Origin: the human T2T-CHM13v2.0 reference genome, Homo sapiens
NCBI RefSeq assembly: GCF_009914755.1
Contig: NC_060946.1
Length of the DNA stretch: 64,000 nt
Reading direction: 5' to 3' (one strand)
How positions within the stretch are numbered: the stretch's first letter is position 1; the number at the start of each line of letters is the position of its first letter. Position numbers and translations under genes: made by a program. This document shows, one piece after another, positions 1 to 13,507 of this stretch. Below the pieces are notes generated by a model. That model was given only the letters and a program-made list of their open reading frames with translations, was not told the DNA's origin and did not search any database.

Positions 1-88
1 TCTGGCCATGGAAGCTCCTTCCTCCCTTCCCCCTCCCAGGCCTGCTTCCATGCAGCAGCTGCTCACGGCTTCTGTGTACCCCCTCCAG

Positions 89-207
89 GGTATCCAGTAT
101 TTCATTGAGCACAAGCTGCTGACCCCTGACGTCCAGGACATTGCACGGTTCCTGTATAAAGGCGAGGGCCTCAACAAGACAGCCATTGGTACCTACCTGG
201 GGGAGAG
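89..207 (+). CDS. CYTH4: Cytohesin-4 coding exon (exon 5 if the gene has 13 exons); Sec7 domain N-terminal part, [11 protein letters not shown]...TYLGER
   Basis: ccctccAG acceptor at 87-88; AG|GTAAGA donor at 208; translation matches the cytohesin Sec7 domain; 119 nt, ends in phase 2. Confidence 0.97.
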
Positions 208-377
208 GTAAGAACGAGTGGAGCCTTAGCGAGGCAGGAAATGAAGGTGTGCAGGTGTGTACAGGTGTGTGGATGTGCAGGTGAGAGGATGAATTATGTT
301 AGCAAAGTCATCACTCCTAGTGCTTGAGGGGCTCACGGATCATCCCCTCCAGATTCTGAGTCAAAGCCTGACTGCCT

Positions 378-1130
378 TCATTCATTTAGTCATTTATTCA
401 ACAAATAAATGTTGCTCAGGGTCTACTGTGTTCCAGGCACCATCCTAAGCCCTGGGTGTACACCAGTGAATAAGACAGACAAAACTCTTGTCCTCAGGAA
501 GTCCATGCTAGTGGGAGAGACAGGTCTCAATAGTTGTAAAATATGTTAGAGAATGATAAGCTCTGTGGAATACAAATCGAGCAGGGAAGGGAAGTCAGAA
601 ATGCTGGGGACCGGCCAGGCTCGGGGCTCATGCCTGTAATCCCAGCACTTTGGGAGGCCGAGGCAGGCAGATCGCGAGGTCAGGAGTTCCAGATCAGCCT
701 AGCCAACGTGGTGAAACCCCGTCTCTACTAAAAATACAAAAATTAGCCGGATGTGGTGGCGGGTGCCTGTAGTCCCAGTTACTCAGGAGGCTGAAGCAGG
801 GGAATCGCTTGAGCCTGGGAGTCGGAGGTTGTAGTGAGCCAAGATCACGCCATTGCACTCCAGCCTGGGCAACAGATTGAGAACGAGACTCCGTCTCAAA
901 AAAAAAAAGAAAAGAAAAGAAAACAAAGAAAGAAAGACATGCTGGGGACCATAGGTTGGGGGCTGTGATTTAGAATAGCGTGGACAGGAAGGGTCTCATG
1001 GAGAAGGTGACATTTGACCAAAACGTAAAAGAGGTGAGGGCATGAGCAGTACAGACATCTGGGGGAGGAGCGGTCCAGGAGTAGCAAGTAAAAAGGCCCT
1101 GGGGTCAGAAACAGGCTCAAGAATCTAGAC
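378..1130 (-). mobile_element. L2 LINE remnant interrupted by an Alu
   Basis: tcattcatt...ttcaacaaata...ctactgtgttccaggcac is the reverse complement of the L2 3' end. Confidence 0.65.
613..935 (+). mobile_element. Alu (full length)
   Basis: Dimeric Alu with A-tail; TSD ATGCTGGGGACC at 601-612 and 939-950. Confidence 0.95.
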
Positions 1131-1750
1131 TGGACGGGAGGAGAGAGGAAGGATATTGTGGGCGAGGAGGTGGGGATCTGTGGGAGCGCTCTGGGCAAAG
1201 GACTGGTCTGAGGGGTGGGCGAGTGGATAGGGGTGAAGCTGGACCAGAGAGTCAACAGCCCTCTCCCCAGCTCCCAAGGACACCCCTCCCTCCCGCGGTG
1301 AGCAGGGGATGCAGACGGTGAGAAGGGCACCTTCCTGCTTCAGGAGCTGGGGAGAGGGAGGAGATGGGGGAGGTCAGCTTCTCTCCCTTGTACAGATGAG
1401 GAAGCTGGGGCTGGGAAGGTCAAGTGGCTTCCGCGAGGTCACCAGGTGGGAAGTTACAGGAAATGAGGAAGGCCTGGACTGAGGGCAAGGCCGCTCCAAA
1501 GCCAGGGCTCCCCTCCCAGGCCAGACCAGCGCTGGTGAGCCGTGAAGGTGTGTGTTCCTGCATGGGAGGACAAGGGTGTGCCCTCAGGGTGTGATATGGG
1601 TGGGACAGATGTGAACACACCAGATGGCAGCTGGACCCCAGAAGGACAGATGTCTCTGTCCTCTCCCTCCCCCACCTCAACCCCCTCCAGGAGGTGGGTG
1701 CCAGCAAGTATCCAAGTGTGTCCCACCCTCCCTTCCGCCCCCTCCCCCAG

Positions 1751-1831
1751 GGATCCCATCAACCTGCAGGTCCTCCAGGCCTTCGTGGACTGCCACGAGT
1801 TCGCCAACCTCAACCTCGTCCAGGCCCTCAG
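1751..1831 (+). CDS. CYTH4: CYTH4 exon 6 (DPINLQVLQAFVDCHEFANLNLVQALR)
   Basis: cctcccccAG acceptor; AG|GTGAGT donor; 81 nt, phase 2 to phase 2. Confidence 0.97.
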
Positions 1832-2269
1832 GTGAGTAGTCCTGGGGCAGGGTCCCGGCCCTCAAGGGTGGCACAGCCCCAGTGGCTGGGGGTGTCGCGA
1901 TCCACATAGCTGACAGCACAAACAAAGGGTTGGGAGCAAAGAAGAGGAGGCAAGGAACAAGAATGACTTCATGATAGTACTGCCTCACAGAGCTGAGCTG
2001 GACCGCCTGGGAAAGGGCCTAGTTCCTTGCAAATAGCAAATACTGCCTTCTTAGTTAGAATTCTATCATGCCCATATTTAATCATTCTAATCATTATTAC
2101 TTTATTATGGTCATTCTCCTACTTTTTGGATTAGTGCATGTTTTATTTATTTTATAAGACTGCTTAGCATGTATTCCAATTATTATGACTTATTAGCTTC
2201 TAATTAGGGTACTGTTTTTGGTACTCATTTTTACAACTGCAGAGGCAGTCCAATTATCAGTTTGAAGCA

Positions 2270-2650
<381 letters not shown>

Positions 2651-3431
2651 AAGTCTTGATGCTGCTTGAAAACTCAGATTCCGAGAAGGAGCATCTGATC
2701 TGGGCTTTGGAGGGTGAGTAGGAGTTCACAATACAGAGAAGGAAGAAGCCACCACCATCCAGTGTTCTCTAACTCCCAGCTCTTTAAGGGAGAGGGGTAG
2801 GTGACTTGGGAGTCTCCCATATTCATTCTTTCATTCATTCATTCACATATTCATTCATTCATTCACTTATTTACTGAGCCTTTGCTAGGTGCCCAGGACT
2901 GTGTGAAGCCCAGGAGGAGAAGTGAGAGATACAGGCCCAGTTCTCACCTTCAGAGAACTTAGCTTGAAGCTGTCGAAACCACCAACTTCCAGAGCTAGAG
3001 GGAAGTCGAGGTTCCAAGAAAGGGAGCCCTAGCAAGGCGAAACCCCTGCCCCACCTCTTCCCCAACTAGGTCCCACAGCCAGATCTCAGGGCCCAAAGGC
3101 CAGGTGCGGGGAGCCACAGACCCCGGGGCAGGCAGAGGCCGTCCCCCTTCCCAGCTGAGGCAGACTGGGCTGCAGTCAGTGCTGGGATTCAGACCTGCAG
3201 AGCGGGGCGTGTGCTTAGTTCCGTATTCTGCAAGAAAAGGCATTTCTTGGCTACCTCCCGCGTGCTTGGGGCTCCCTGGTGCCCATCCCACTTCCCCGTC
3301 AGCCCAGATGACAGTTGCAGATTCCCCCATTTACAGGATACAGAGACTAAACCTGGGAGAGGCAGGGCAGCTTGTCTGGGGCCCGCGAGGGCCCACCCAC
3401 TCCACTGCCCGTGGCCCCGTTTCTCCCCCAG

Positions 3432-3544
3432 GCAGTTCCTGTGGAGCTTCCGGCTGCCGGGCGAGGCCCAGAAGATAGACCGGATGATGGAGGCCTTTGC
3501 CACTCGATACTGCCTCTGCAACCCAGGCGTCTTCCAGTCCACAG
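3432..3544 (+). CDS. CYTH4: CYTH4 exon 7, including the Sec7 catalytic 'glutamic finger' motif [12 protein letters not shown] (Glu codon 3463-3465)
   Basis: ttctcccccAG acceptor; CAG|GTGCCA donor; 113 nt; hallmark Sec7 motif. Confidence 0.97.
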
Positions 3545-4032
3545 GTGCCAGGAGGGGAGTGGGACCCAGGGCTCCGGGACCCCTTCAGCATTGCCAGGCA
3601 TAGATTTCACAGACCCCCTCAGGTTTCCCCCAGGTACCCAGACCCTGGCAGCCCAGACCCCTTCATGAGCCCTCACTGAGCACTGACTTCATTGCTGCTG
3701 GGTGCTTGTCTGACAGAGCTGCCTTGAGACACAGTTCTTAGGAGAGCAGTCAGGAGACGATGGCACAGGATGCTAAGGCTAAGGCAGCAGCACCCCTTTC
3801 TGAGGGCAGGAGTAAGGGAATCAGCATGTCCAAGATGGCTTCTCAGAGGCGGTGAGGTCTGAATGGGGTTTTGAAGGATGAGTAGGAGTTTTCCAGGAGG
3901 TTAAGGGGAGAAAGGGCCTTTTTGGCAGGAGTTTCAGTTGGAACAAAGGCCCAGAAACATGAAACAGCCTGGGCAGGGTGTAGGGGGCAAAAGGGGCATA
4001 GAAGGAGATACATAAAGGTCAGTCCTCCATAG

Positions 4033-4607
<575 letters not shown>

Positions 4608-5775
4608 TAAAATGACTTGTCTGCGAGCACGCCGCCTCCTGGCTGTGTCCATGGACAAACCTTCCAGAACATTTGCCCTACTTTGTGGTTAGATCTTAAT
4701 TTAGTGTTTGTTTGCTTGTTTATTATCTGTCACAAGTCTAAATGTCCTGCAAGGGCAGGGACCCTGTCAGACCCATCATCAGTGACTCCCAGGCCCACAG
4801 CACAGAGTATGTACTCAATAAATAGTTGTAGGTAGGAAAGAAGGCATCTTAAAGCACCAGATTTGAATCACGGTCCAATTACTTCTTAATTTTGTAATGT
4901 TGGGCATATAGCTTAACTTCCTGTGCCTCGGTTTCCTCATCTGTAAAATGGGAGTGATAACAAGACCTGCCTCATAGGATGGGCATGGGGATGTGAGAGC
5001 TTAGCACAGGGCAAGCACCAACAACGCTCGGTGCCACTGCTATCAGAGATGGAAACATTGATGTTCCAGAACAGGCAGTTACTTCAAAGATTAACCTCTG
5101 AATGTCAAGGATGGGGAAGCTGAAGGTCAGAGAGGTCAAGTACTTCCCAAGGTCAACCAGAGAGTTGAAGATGCAGCTGAACTTCCCTGGCTCTGGATCC
5201 AGGGCCCAAATACTCGACAAAAGACCTTGCCAGAGTAGCAATTACCTCCCTCCCCAGCCATCAGCCCAGCCCTCCCTCCTGAGTGCTTGAAAGTCTGAAT
5301 AATGGGAGAGGCGCTGGGGCTCAGGAGGAACGCCAGCAAGATTACAGAGCAGCAGTGGCTCAGCCCTGAACAGTGCCGCTAACAATGAGTGTTCTTCTCC
5401 GAGTTCCGAGAGGCAGAGAACAGAGTGGGCAGGGGGCTGGAAGGGCTCTGCGGGGAGGAGGTCCTGAGCCGTGGCTGAGCGAGGAGGATTGAAGCGGAGA
5501 GGAGGGAAGGAAGGGCAGGCCTGGCAGGGGATCCAGCAGGAGCGTACGCGCGGAGGTAGGAAGGGGCTCAGAAAAAGAGGCTGAGGTTAGTTTAAGAGGG
5601 GGTGGGGACCAGCAAGAGTGGGAAGGGAGAGGAGGCTGGGCCTCAAAACCCAAGCCAGGAGGACAAGGTGGACCTTCGGGGGCCTTGCAATGGCAGTTCT
5701 GGGCCCTGGAAGGGGCCGGGACAGAGGCAGGGAGAGTGGCCAGGGCCAGAACTGTGACCGCTGTCCCCTCCGCAG

Positions 5776-5924
5776 ACACCTGCTACGTGTTGTCCTTCTC
5801 CATCATCATGCTCAACACCAGCCTCCACAATCCCAACGTCCGGGACAGGCCGCCTTTCGAGCGCTTTGTGTCCATGAACCGCGGCATCAACAATGGTAGC
5901 GACCTGCCCGAGGACCAGCTGCGG
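5776..5924 (+). CDS. CYTH4: CYTH4 exon 8 ([22 protein letters not shown]...EDQLR)
   Basis: cccctccgcAG acceptor; CGG|GTGAGA donor; 149 nt, ends in phase 0; Sec7 motif MLNTSLHN. Confidence 0.97.
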
Positions 5925-8900
5925 GTGAGAGAGGCGCAGCCCACCCAGCCTGGCCCCGGGGAATCCAGGAGGGACCTGTCCTTAGATGGATGGCCCGGGA
6001 GGGGCTCCTCTGAGATAGACAGCCCCCAGTGGGGACTCTGCTGATATGGCCCACCCAGGCTGTGACTGTCTTGAGAGGCACCGTCACAAAGCGCATTGGT
6101 CCTGAAACCCGCCTGCCCAAAAGAGGCCCCCATCTTGAGAAGGATGTCCGAGATAGACCACCCAGGAGGTCCACCCAGATTTAAGCCTTTGGGGGACTCT
6201 AGGCAGCCATCTTTCACATCTTCCAAAAAGGGTACCTCACACAGCCCAGGTCTATTTCTTAGAATAGAGATTCTTAGACGCTCAGCGTGTCAGGCCTGAA
6301 AACCCTCAGACTCTGCTCTAAGCCCTCTGTCCTTTAGAGAGGAGGAAACTGAGGTCTTCCACAAGGCCCTACTTGAGCTGGGCCCTACCAACCTCCGGTC
6401 GCTTCCTCAAATAGCCTGCACCCCTGCCACACCATGCCAGGCTCTGCGCCCAGCACAGGGGCCCCAGGGATGAATCAACCACATATGCTGCCCTGACCAA
6501 GTTCAGGGTCTGGTGGGAGGACTGTACACATGTGAATCACAAGGCTGCATGATTCATGCGGTGCTGGCTGTGGGGATGGAGCTCTGGAGACGCAGATCTG
6601 CTGTCACTGCGGCTGTCATTGCTCTGGGGGCAGGGAAGGGTGCCATCCTGGAAGTCTCCACAGAGGAGGTGACTTCTGAACTGGGCCTTGAAGGTTACAT
6701 GGGAGTGCTCCCAGAGGAGAAGCCGGGAAAGGACATTTCAAAAAGAAGAAGTGGCCAGAACGGAGGCGTGTCCTGATTGGGAAAGGAGAGGTGTCCAGTG
6801 TGGCCGAGGTGTGGTATATATGCACAGTAGTGGGTGACAGGGTGGGGCCAGAGGGTCCAGGGCTTCCAATGACAGCCTCAGGAGTTTGCCTGTTTCCTAT
6901 GGGCCACAGGGAGCCAGGGGGTATTCATAAGAACAGGAAGGAGAGATTCAGAGCCTGGCTTAGGAAAAATGAATGGACAAGTTCACTTCAAGGACTGAAG
7001 ATTCCCCAGAGCCCCCTGAGCTTCAATCCCCTCCATGGTCAGAGCCCAGCAGGGAGGGGCAGAGGGGGCGCGAACACCACGGTCCCAGCTCAGCACCGAG
7101 TATACCTCCTGCCTCCAAGGCTGGGGTGGAGCCTGGATCTGGAATGATTCTGGTGCCCCTCGGTGTTTGAGAACTGCCTCACCCTTAACCCACCTCTTGC
7201 CTGGTCCCAAAAGGAGAAAGTACATCAGAGAGGAGCCACTCCGTAGCATGAGAGCTTGAGAGCTGGTTGGAGCTCAGGTCTACTCCCATCTTCCCCGTTT
7301 GCCTGCTAGGTGACCTTGGGCAATGACTCACTGGAGTTGAAGCCACTATCCCCTCTACCAGGAGAGTGGAGATAATAATACTTGCCACAGGGAGTAACTG
7401 TTTTAAATGTTACGGGCAGAGCCTGTGCCAGGTATATAATACCTGCCTCCTGCGTGGCTCCCCAGCTAAAGTAGGGCCTGTGGCCTAAGTCACTATTAAA
7501 AATAATTAATAATGAAAAAAGCCCCAGCATTTAGTAAAATGCCTGAAACATTTTAAACAGCATTTGAGCATTGGTGACTCATTTCATTTGGGGTCCTCGT
7601 GGTGCTATGCGGGCACACCTTGTCTGGCAGGGAATGAGTTAATTACCTCCCAGCACTGGTCCTGCCGCTCTCCCAGGTGCCACATTATTGCCTCTAGCTC
7701 CCAGTGAGCCCTCTTCAGCATCTCCCTCCTTAGCTGTTTTTCCCAATTCGAGCCTTTTGTTAATAACAATGCACTGCATTTGTATGGAACTTGTAAGTTT
7801 CTTCTCACCAGGCTTTGGGGTCTATTATCTCAATTTAGCTTCAAAATCTGCCCGGGAGGTTTAGGAAGCCCTTATTATCCTCTTTGGCAACCCAGAGAGG
7901 CAGACACAGACTAAGGGAAAGAACAGAGCGCTGGACTCAGAACCACCTCCAGTCCCGGCTACCCCACTTTCTGGTTGTGTGACTTTAGGAAAGTGGCTTG
8001 ACCTCTCTGAGCCCCAGTTCATAGGATTAGTGCAGAAGTGTAAGGTATTCAGCCAAGTGCCTGGTGTAGTTGGAGTGGCTAATCAATCCTGAAGCTTCCC
8101 AGGTCAAAAAGAAACACACAGGCAGCTGCGTGGATGTGGGGATCCTCTTGCCTTCTGTCTGGGCCTCACTTTCCCCATATGTAAAGCAAGGATTCAGCTT
8201 TAAGCACCTTCAGATAGTCAAAGGTCAGCACTTTGCAGAAGGATTCTCCAGTTTGGGCCCATTAAGTGAGGAGGACATGTAATGCTTTTAAGTGGCCCAA
8301 TTTGCAAAATTAAGTCTACACAGGTGTGACCCAAAGAGAGGTCACCTCAAGGGTACACAGACCATGAGGATGCGCAGCTGGGAAAGGCTGTGGAGAGGTG
8401 CACAGTGGTAGTCAGGGGACAGGAGGGTTGAGCCAACCTTGCTCTGGCCATCCAGATGGGGCAGGGGCAGAGTCCCCAAGAAGCTCAGGGTGAAGGCACA
8501 GTGAGTTCAGACTCACAGGGATGGGAGGTCAAATCCCAGCTCTGCCCTTATGTCTGTGTGACCTTGGACATGAGCCTCAGCTTCCTCATCTGCAAAGTGG
8601 GCTGATGATGCTGGCTTCATATTGTTTTCTGAGAAGCTGTCAGGCGCCTGGCACTTGGCAGGCCTTGAGAAAAGCTAGGAGAGGAACCACCCACCCTGAG
8701 GGCTGTGGGAGGGGGAGCTAGGGTGGAAGAGGCACAGGAGATAAGGGGACAAAGAACTCCACTCTCCGGTGTTACAGTTGGAGAAACTGAGGCCCAGGCA
8801 GAGTAACAGTCTCCCAGTTCCAGGCATCTTCTGCCATAGGCAGCCCTGCACCTCCTGGGTCCTTGCCCAGGCCTCTCGGTCAGAATGGACTGTGGATTGG

Positions 8901-10824
8901 ACACAGTACTAAGTACTTTACGTTATTAAGTCATCCCGTCCCCAGTTTACAGCAGAGGACACTGAGCTCCATGAGAGGTAGCTGGCCAGAGGTCTCATAG
9001 TTTATGAGGAGTCCTGATTCAAACCCATGACTGACTTCAGCGCCTATCCCTCTGCAGAGGCCAGAAGCCAAGATTTGGGGATGGAGGACTTGGCTGTGCT
9101 TTCCAGCTACCAGTTACTTCCTAGCTAGGGGAATCTCAATTCATGTCACTGAAAAGATCAGAGATCGATCTGCCTTCAGAAATGCTGGCTTCAGGTTCAG
9201 CTAGATCCAGGTGCCCAGTGACATCACGGCCTGATCCAGTTGCCCCATCTCTCAGCAACCGCCTCCTCTGTGTTAATTTATCTCTTAAACCAGCTCTGCC
9301 CAGGTGTGGCAGAGATGGCCCGGCCTTCCCGTGCCCTCACAGTCCTCCTCCTCAGCTGTTTCAGCTAAAGTCCCAGGATTAATGCTTATTGGCTGGCTTG
9401 GGCCTGAACTGAACTCCCTGAACTGAGGCTAGCAGGATGAAATGCTCTAATCAGCCAGATGTGAGTCATTCACCCCCTCCTGGAGCCTGGGGCTGGGGAC
9501 CTGTGGGTGTCAACCCTGCCAAGTGACCTGGACAGAACACAGAGGAGCAGAAACTCCCCAGAGGGAAACTGAGGAGGTGGGGGTGGAGGGACACAGAGCC
9601 AGCAGGGCCACCGGAAGGAGGCCCTTGCATTTCTGCACATCCACCCAGCCAGGAGGAGACAGCTAGGCCCAGGGGTTGCGGCAGTGCGTGCAAGGCGTTT
9701 TCTTGCAGGAGAGGCTGGTGTTTACAGGGGACAGGAAATGTGGGTGAACTCAGCCGTTTTCTTTGCGGGGGCAGAATGTACAGGCTGATACAGTGACCGC
9801 AGAAGCTGCTGGGTCCCCCTGTGGGTTTTGTGGCAGTGAAGACCCCCGTCTGCCCCCCTGCACAGCTCCTTGGGCTTCCAAATATTTGTCTGTGCTGACA
9901 GCTTTGTTGATGGGGCCTTCCTGTTCCAGGCGCTTGTTCAACCAGCCAGTGCCACCTGGGAATTCCCGGGGATGCACGTAGGGGCTTCCCAGAGAGAAAC
10001 TGGTGCCTGTTCTTCCCCACCCCCATAGCCCCACAGCCAGATTGAGCCCAGGGAAGCCACTCCCAGCCCACCCCTGACTCTGGACCCCTGAGCTCTGAGG
10101 TCAGAAAGGACCTTAAAGAACCAGCAAGCTCCATTTCTAAAACTTTGAGAGAGTCAAATGATACTTGTGAGAATTTTCACTTAAAATCTCGAAGAAAGCA
10201 TCTGAACAGAAACATCTGAGCAACAGCACACACAAACACAGCGAAAGGAAATGATTTCATCCTCTGAGATAACACTGCGCTTGCTTTGAATAAGCAGAAA
10301 TGGACAGTTTAGAATAGTTCTCCAAACACTTGGCAATCTAGGCAGGTTGCTCATAGAACGCAATATCTCATGGCAGGAGATTCAAAGCACACAGGGGTGA
10401 TCTGGCACCAGCAGCCACACCTTGCCCACAGGGAACTCGCAGACCTGGCTTACTTACCTCCAGTGACAAAGAGCTCATTATCCTACAGGGCTGCTCTCCC
10501 ACGTCACCAGCTCTGACTGCCAGAAAGGCTTCCGTGGAGAACGGCAGTCTGCTTTCTGGGAACTCCCCAGACCCCACCCCGGCCCATCCAGCATAGGTCT
10601 GCTTAGGAGAGGGGCTTTTGAGAGCCACAGCCAGCATCCCACCCTGGGCTCTCCCTCAGCTGGGCCTCTCAACAGGAAGTGGCCTATCCTCCTCCCTGGT
10701 GGCTCCTCAGTGGCCCCTCAACTCAGGGACCTCTCTGCTGCTGCACCTAAGCAGGAGAGGACCCTCCTCCCATGGCTTTTGCCAAGGTTGCTGTGCCCCA
10801 GAGACAGAGAGACAGAAAGAGAAT

Positions 10825-11445
10825 ACGTGTGTTTGTGTGTGTCTGTGTCTGTGTGTGTAAGCATGCATGTGTGTGTGGGCATGCATGTATATATGTGTGC
10901 ATGTATATTGTCAGTGTGCATGCATGTATAAGAGTGCATGTATATGCACGCAAGCGTGCATGTGTGTGAGTGTGCATGTATATAAGTGTGTGTGTATGTG
11001 TGTACGTGTGCATGTGTGTACATGTATGTGTGAGCGTGTGTATATGTGTCTGTGAGTGTGTGTATGTGTGTAAGTGTGCGTGTGTATACATGTATGTGTG
11101 AGCGTGTATATGTGTCTGAGTGTGCATGTATGTGTGCATAAGCATGCATGTCTGTGTGAGTATGCATGTATGTGTGCATATATGTGTGAGCGTGCTTGCA
11201 TGTGTAAGTATGCATGTATGTGTGAGCATGCATGTGTGTGTGCGTGTATGTATGAGTATGCATGCATGTGTGTGCATGTATGTGTGAGCGTGCCTGCATG
11301 TGTGTATGTGTGTGAACATGCATGTGTGTGCATGTATGTGTGAGCATGCATTTATATAAGTGTGCCTGCATGTGTGTGAACGTGCATACATGTGTGTGTG
11401 TGCACGTGTGTGTGTGTAAGCATGTATATTTGTATATATGTGTGT
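10825..11445. repeat. Degenerate (TG)/(TGCATG)/(TGTA) alternating purine-pyrimidine tract, ~620 bp
   Basis: Direct inspection; source of the His/Thr- and Cys/Val-rich spurious ORFs. Confidence 0.95.
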
Positions 11446-11731
11446 TTGAGGGGCTGACCCCTGCTCGCTCTGCCCTGCAGTAGCACAGAGGGAAGCATGA
11501 CCGGGGTGGCGGGGTGGCGGGGTGGCAGGGTGGCAAGACCAGGCCCAGGCTGAATGGAGGGAACCAGGGAGGGGCTCACCAAGAAAAGCCCAGGGACCAC
11601 GATAAACAGGTGAGGAAAGAGTATGCCTGCAGGTGAGTGACCTGCTCAAGGCCACACAGGCCAGGCCAGGCCTAGGCCTTGGACTCGGGTGGACTCACAG
11701 CCAGGTCTTTCTCTCCCTTGTCTTGGGGCAG

Positions 11732-11843
11732 AACCTCTTCGACAGCATCAAGAGTGAGCCATTCTCCATCCCTGAGGACGACGGCAATGACCTCACTCAC
11801 ACCTTCTTCAATCCAGACCGGGAGGGTTGGCTGCTCAAGCTAG
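11732..11843 (+). CDS. CYTH4: CYTH4 exon 9 (Sec7 C-terminal helix, linker and PH start; [11 protein letters not shown]...EGWLLKLG)
   Basis: Pyrimidine tract plus gcAG acceptor; TAG|GTGAGA donor; 112 nt, ends in phase 1. Confidence 0.97.
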
Positions 11844-13507
11844 GTGAGAGACCGACAGACACACGTCGTCGCACACACACTCATGCACGCGCGGGCACAC
11901 ATCGTTGCATGCACACTCCTGGACGCACAGGCCCCCAGCTGACACGAGGCTCACATGCATCCTGGGGGATGGAGTTGGACAGCCCCAGGTCTCCTGGCCC
12001 CCAGTGCAGCCGTCTGCCTGCCCCATCCATCCACCTGTCCCGAGAAGGAAGGGAGCCAGTGGTGGGGGCTGAGCTGTAAGCCGGGCGAGAGGCAGACAGA
12101 CCCACTGACAAATGCTTCAGCTGCGGTTCTGTTTCTCTCTCCCCAGCGGAATGGGGAGGGAAGTCATAGCAGGAAGTACCATTTGTTCAGAACCTACTGA
12201 GCTCAGGCAAGGTGCTGGTCCACCCTACAGCCGAACAGTAAAGTCAGGGATCTGCCTGAGGCCACACAGCCAGCCAGGGGCAGATTTGAGGGCACAGAGG
12301 GTTAGGTGTCCCTAAAGGAGGGGAGGAAGGATGACAGGATGTGGCTTAGGGGGAGGCTCCCTTCAAGCTGACTGGGGGCAGGGAGGGCCTGCACCCTGCA
12401 GAGAGCAGCTGGGGTGGGAGCTGCAGTAATAGTGGCTGTAGAGTCCAGCAGGGCAACCCCAGTGCCCGGCCGTCTGCCCCTGCCTCCCACACACACTTCC
12501 GGAAGCCTCTCCAGCAGGGACAGCCAAGCCGGGGACAGCGCCTCCAGGGCAGGTGAGGACAGATGCCTCATGTTGAAGCAGGGGTCTCAACCTGGCTCAC
12601 CTCCAGCAACATTGAGCCTCCAGCACCTCCTGTCTACCAAGCCCCGTGCCAGTCCTGCCCAGAACCCCCAGGAGCCCATGAGCCCTCTGACTCTCCACAC
12701 CACACCCCAGTCCATCCTCCTCCAGAGCACTCGGCCGCCTGTCCTGCCCCAGCCACGTGCTGTCCGCCCCCGAGAAGCTCTATGTCATAAATCTTAACTC
12801 AGATGGGAGAGGGAGCCTCAGAGTCACATAGCCCTGGGCCCAAACCCCAGCTCCTCCACCCAAGTACTGATGGTCAGGTTCTTCAGCCTCAGTTTCTGTA
12901 GCTGTAAGATGGGGAGAATGATCTCTGGGAGGGTTAAATGTGCGGCAAAATGGCCAAGAGTTGGGCTCTGGGACTAGGACATTGGGGTTCGAATCCCAGC
13001 TCTGCTGCTGAACCGTGGGCAGGCGATTTTACCTCTCCATGACTGTTTCCTCATCTGTAAAATGGGGTTAACAATGGTCTCCTCTTCATACGTGGTTGTG
13101 AGGATTAATAAGTAATATTTTTTGAAACCTCTAGAGCAGTGTCTGGCAAATGAAGGACGAAATGCTTAGCATTGTGCCAGGCAGGGACCAAGCTAAGGAA
13201 TGAAGCAATGGATGGCGGTAGCCAGGAAGAGCAGGAACTGGCCATTCCTAGGACCATTCCTAGGACCTGATCACGGAGGCCACCCAAACGCCAGCTCAAG
13301 CAGCTCCAGGGAAGCCTGGGGATTACAGGAGCCACTAAGGTTCTTGTTTGAGAAAGGGATAGATGTTGGGGGGAGGTGTGGTGGACGAAGTTTAGGGCAC
13401 TCAGCTGGGGGTCCAGGGGAAAGCATCCGAGGACCTGCCCTTCCCTGGAGGAGGTGTCAGTGGCCCAGGAGGAGGACTGACCAGCTTGCTACATTGGCCT
13501 TGCGCAG

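Noticed and set aside
10718-11655. Long His/Thr-rich ORFs (272 and 302 aa, - strand)
   Set aside because: Translation artefacts of the TG/CA simple repeat
12885-12910. Possible microexon tgtAG-CT-GTAAGA in intron 9
   Set aside because: Only 2 nt, not Gly-coding, and lies in decayed MIR sequence
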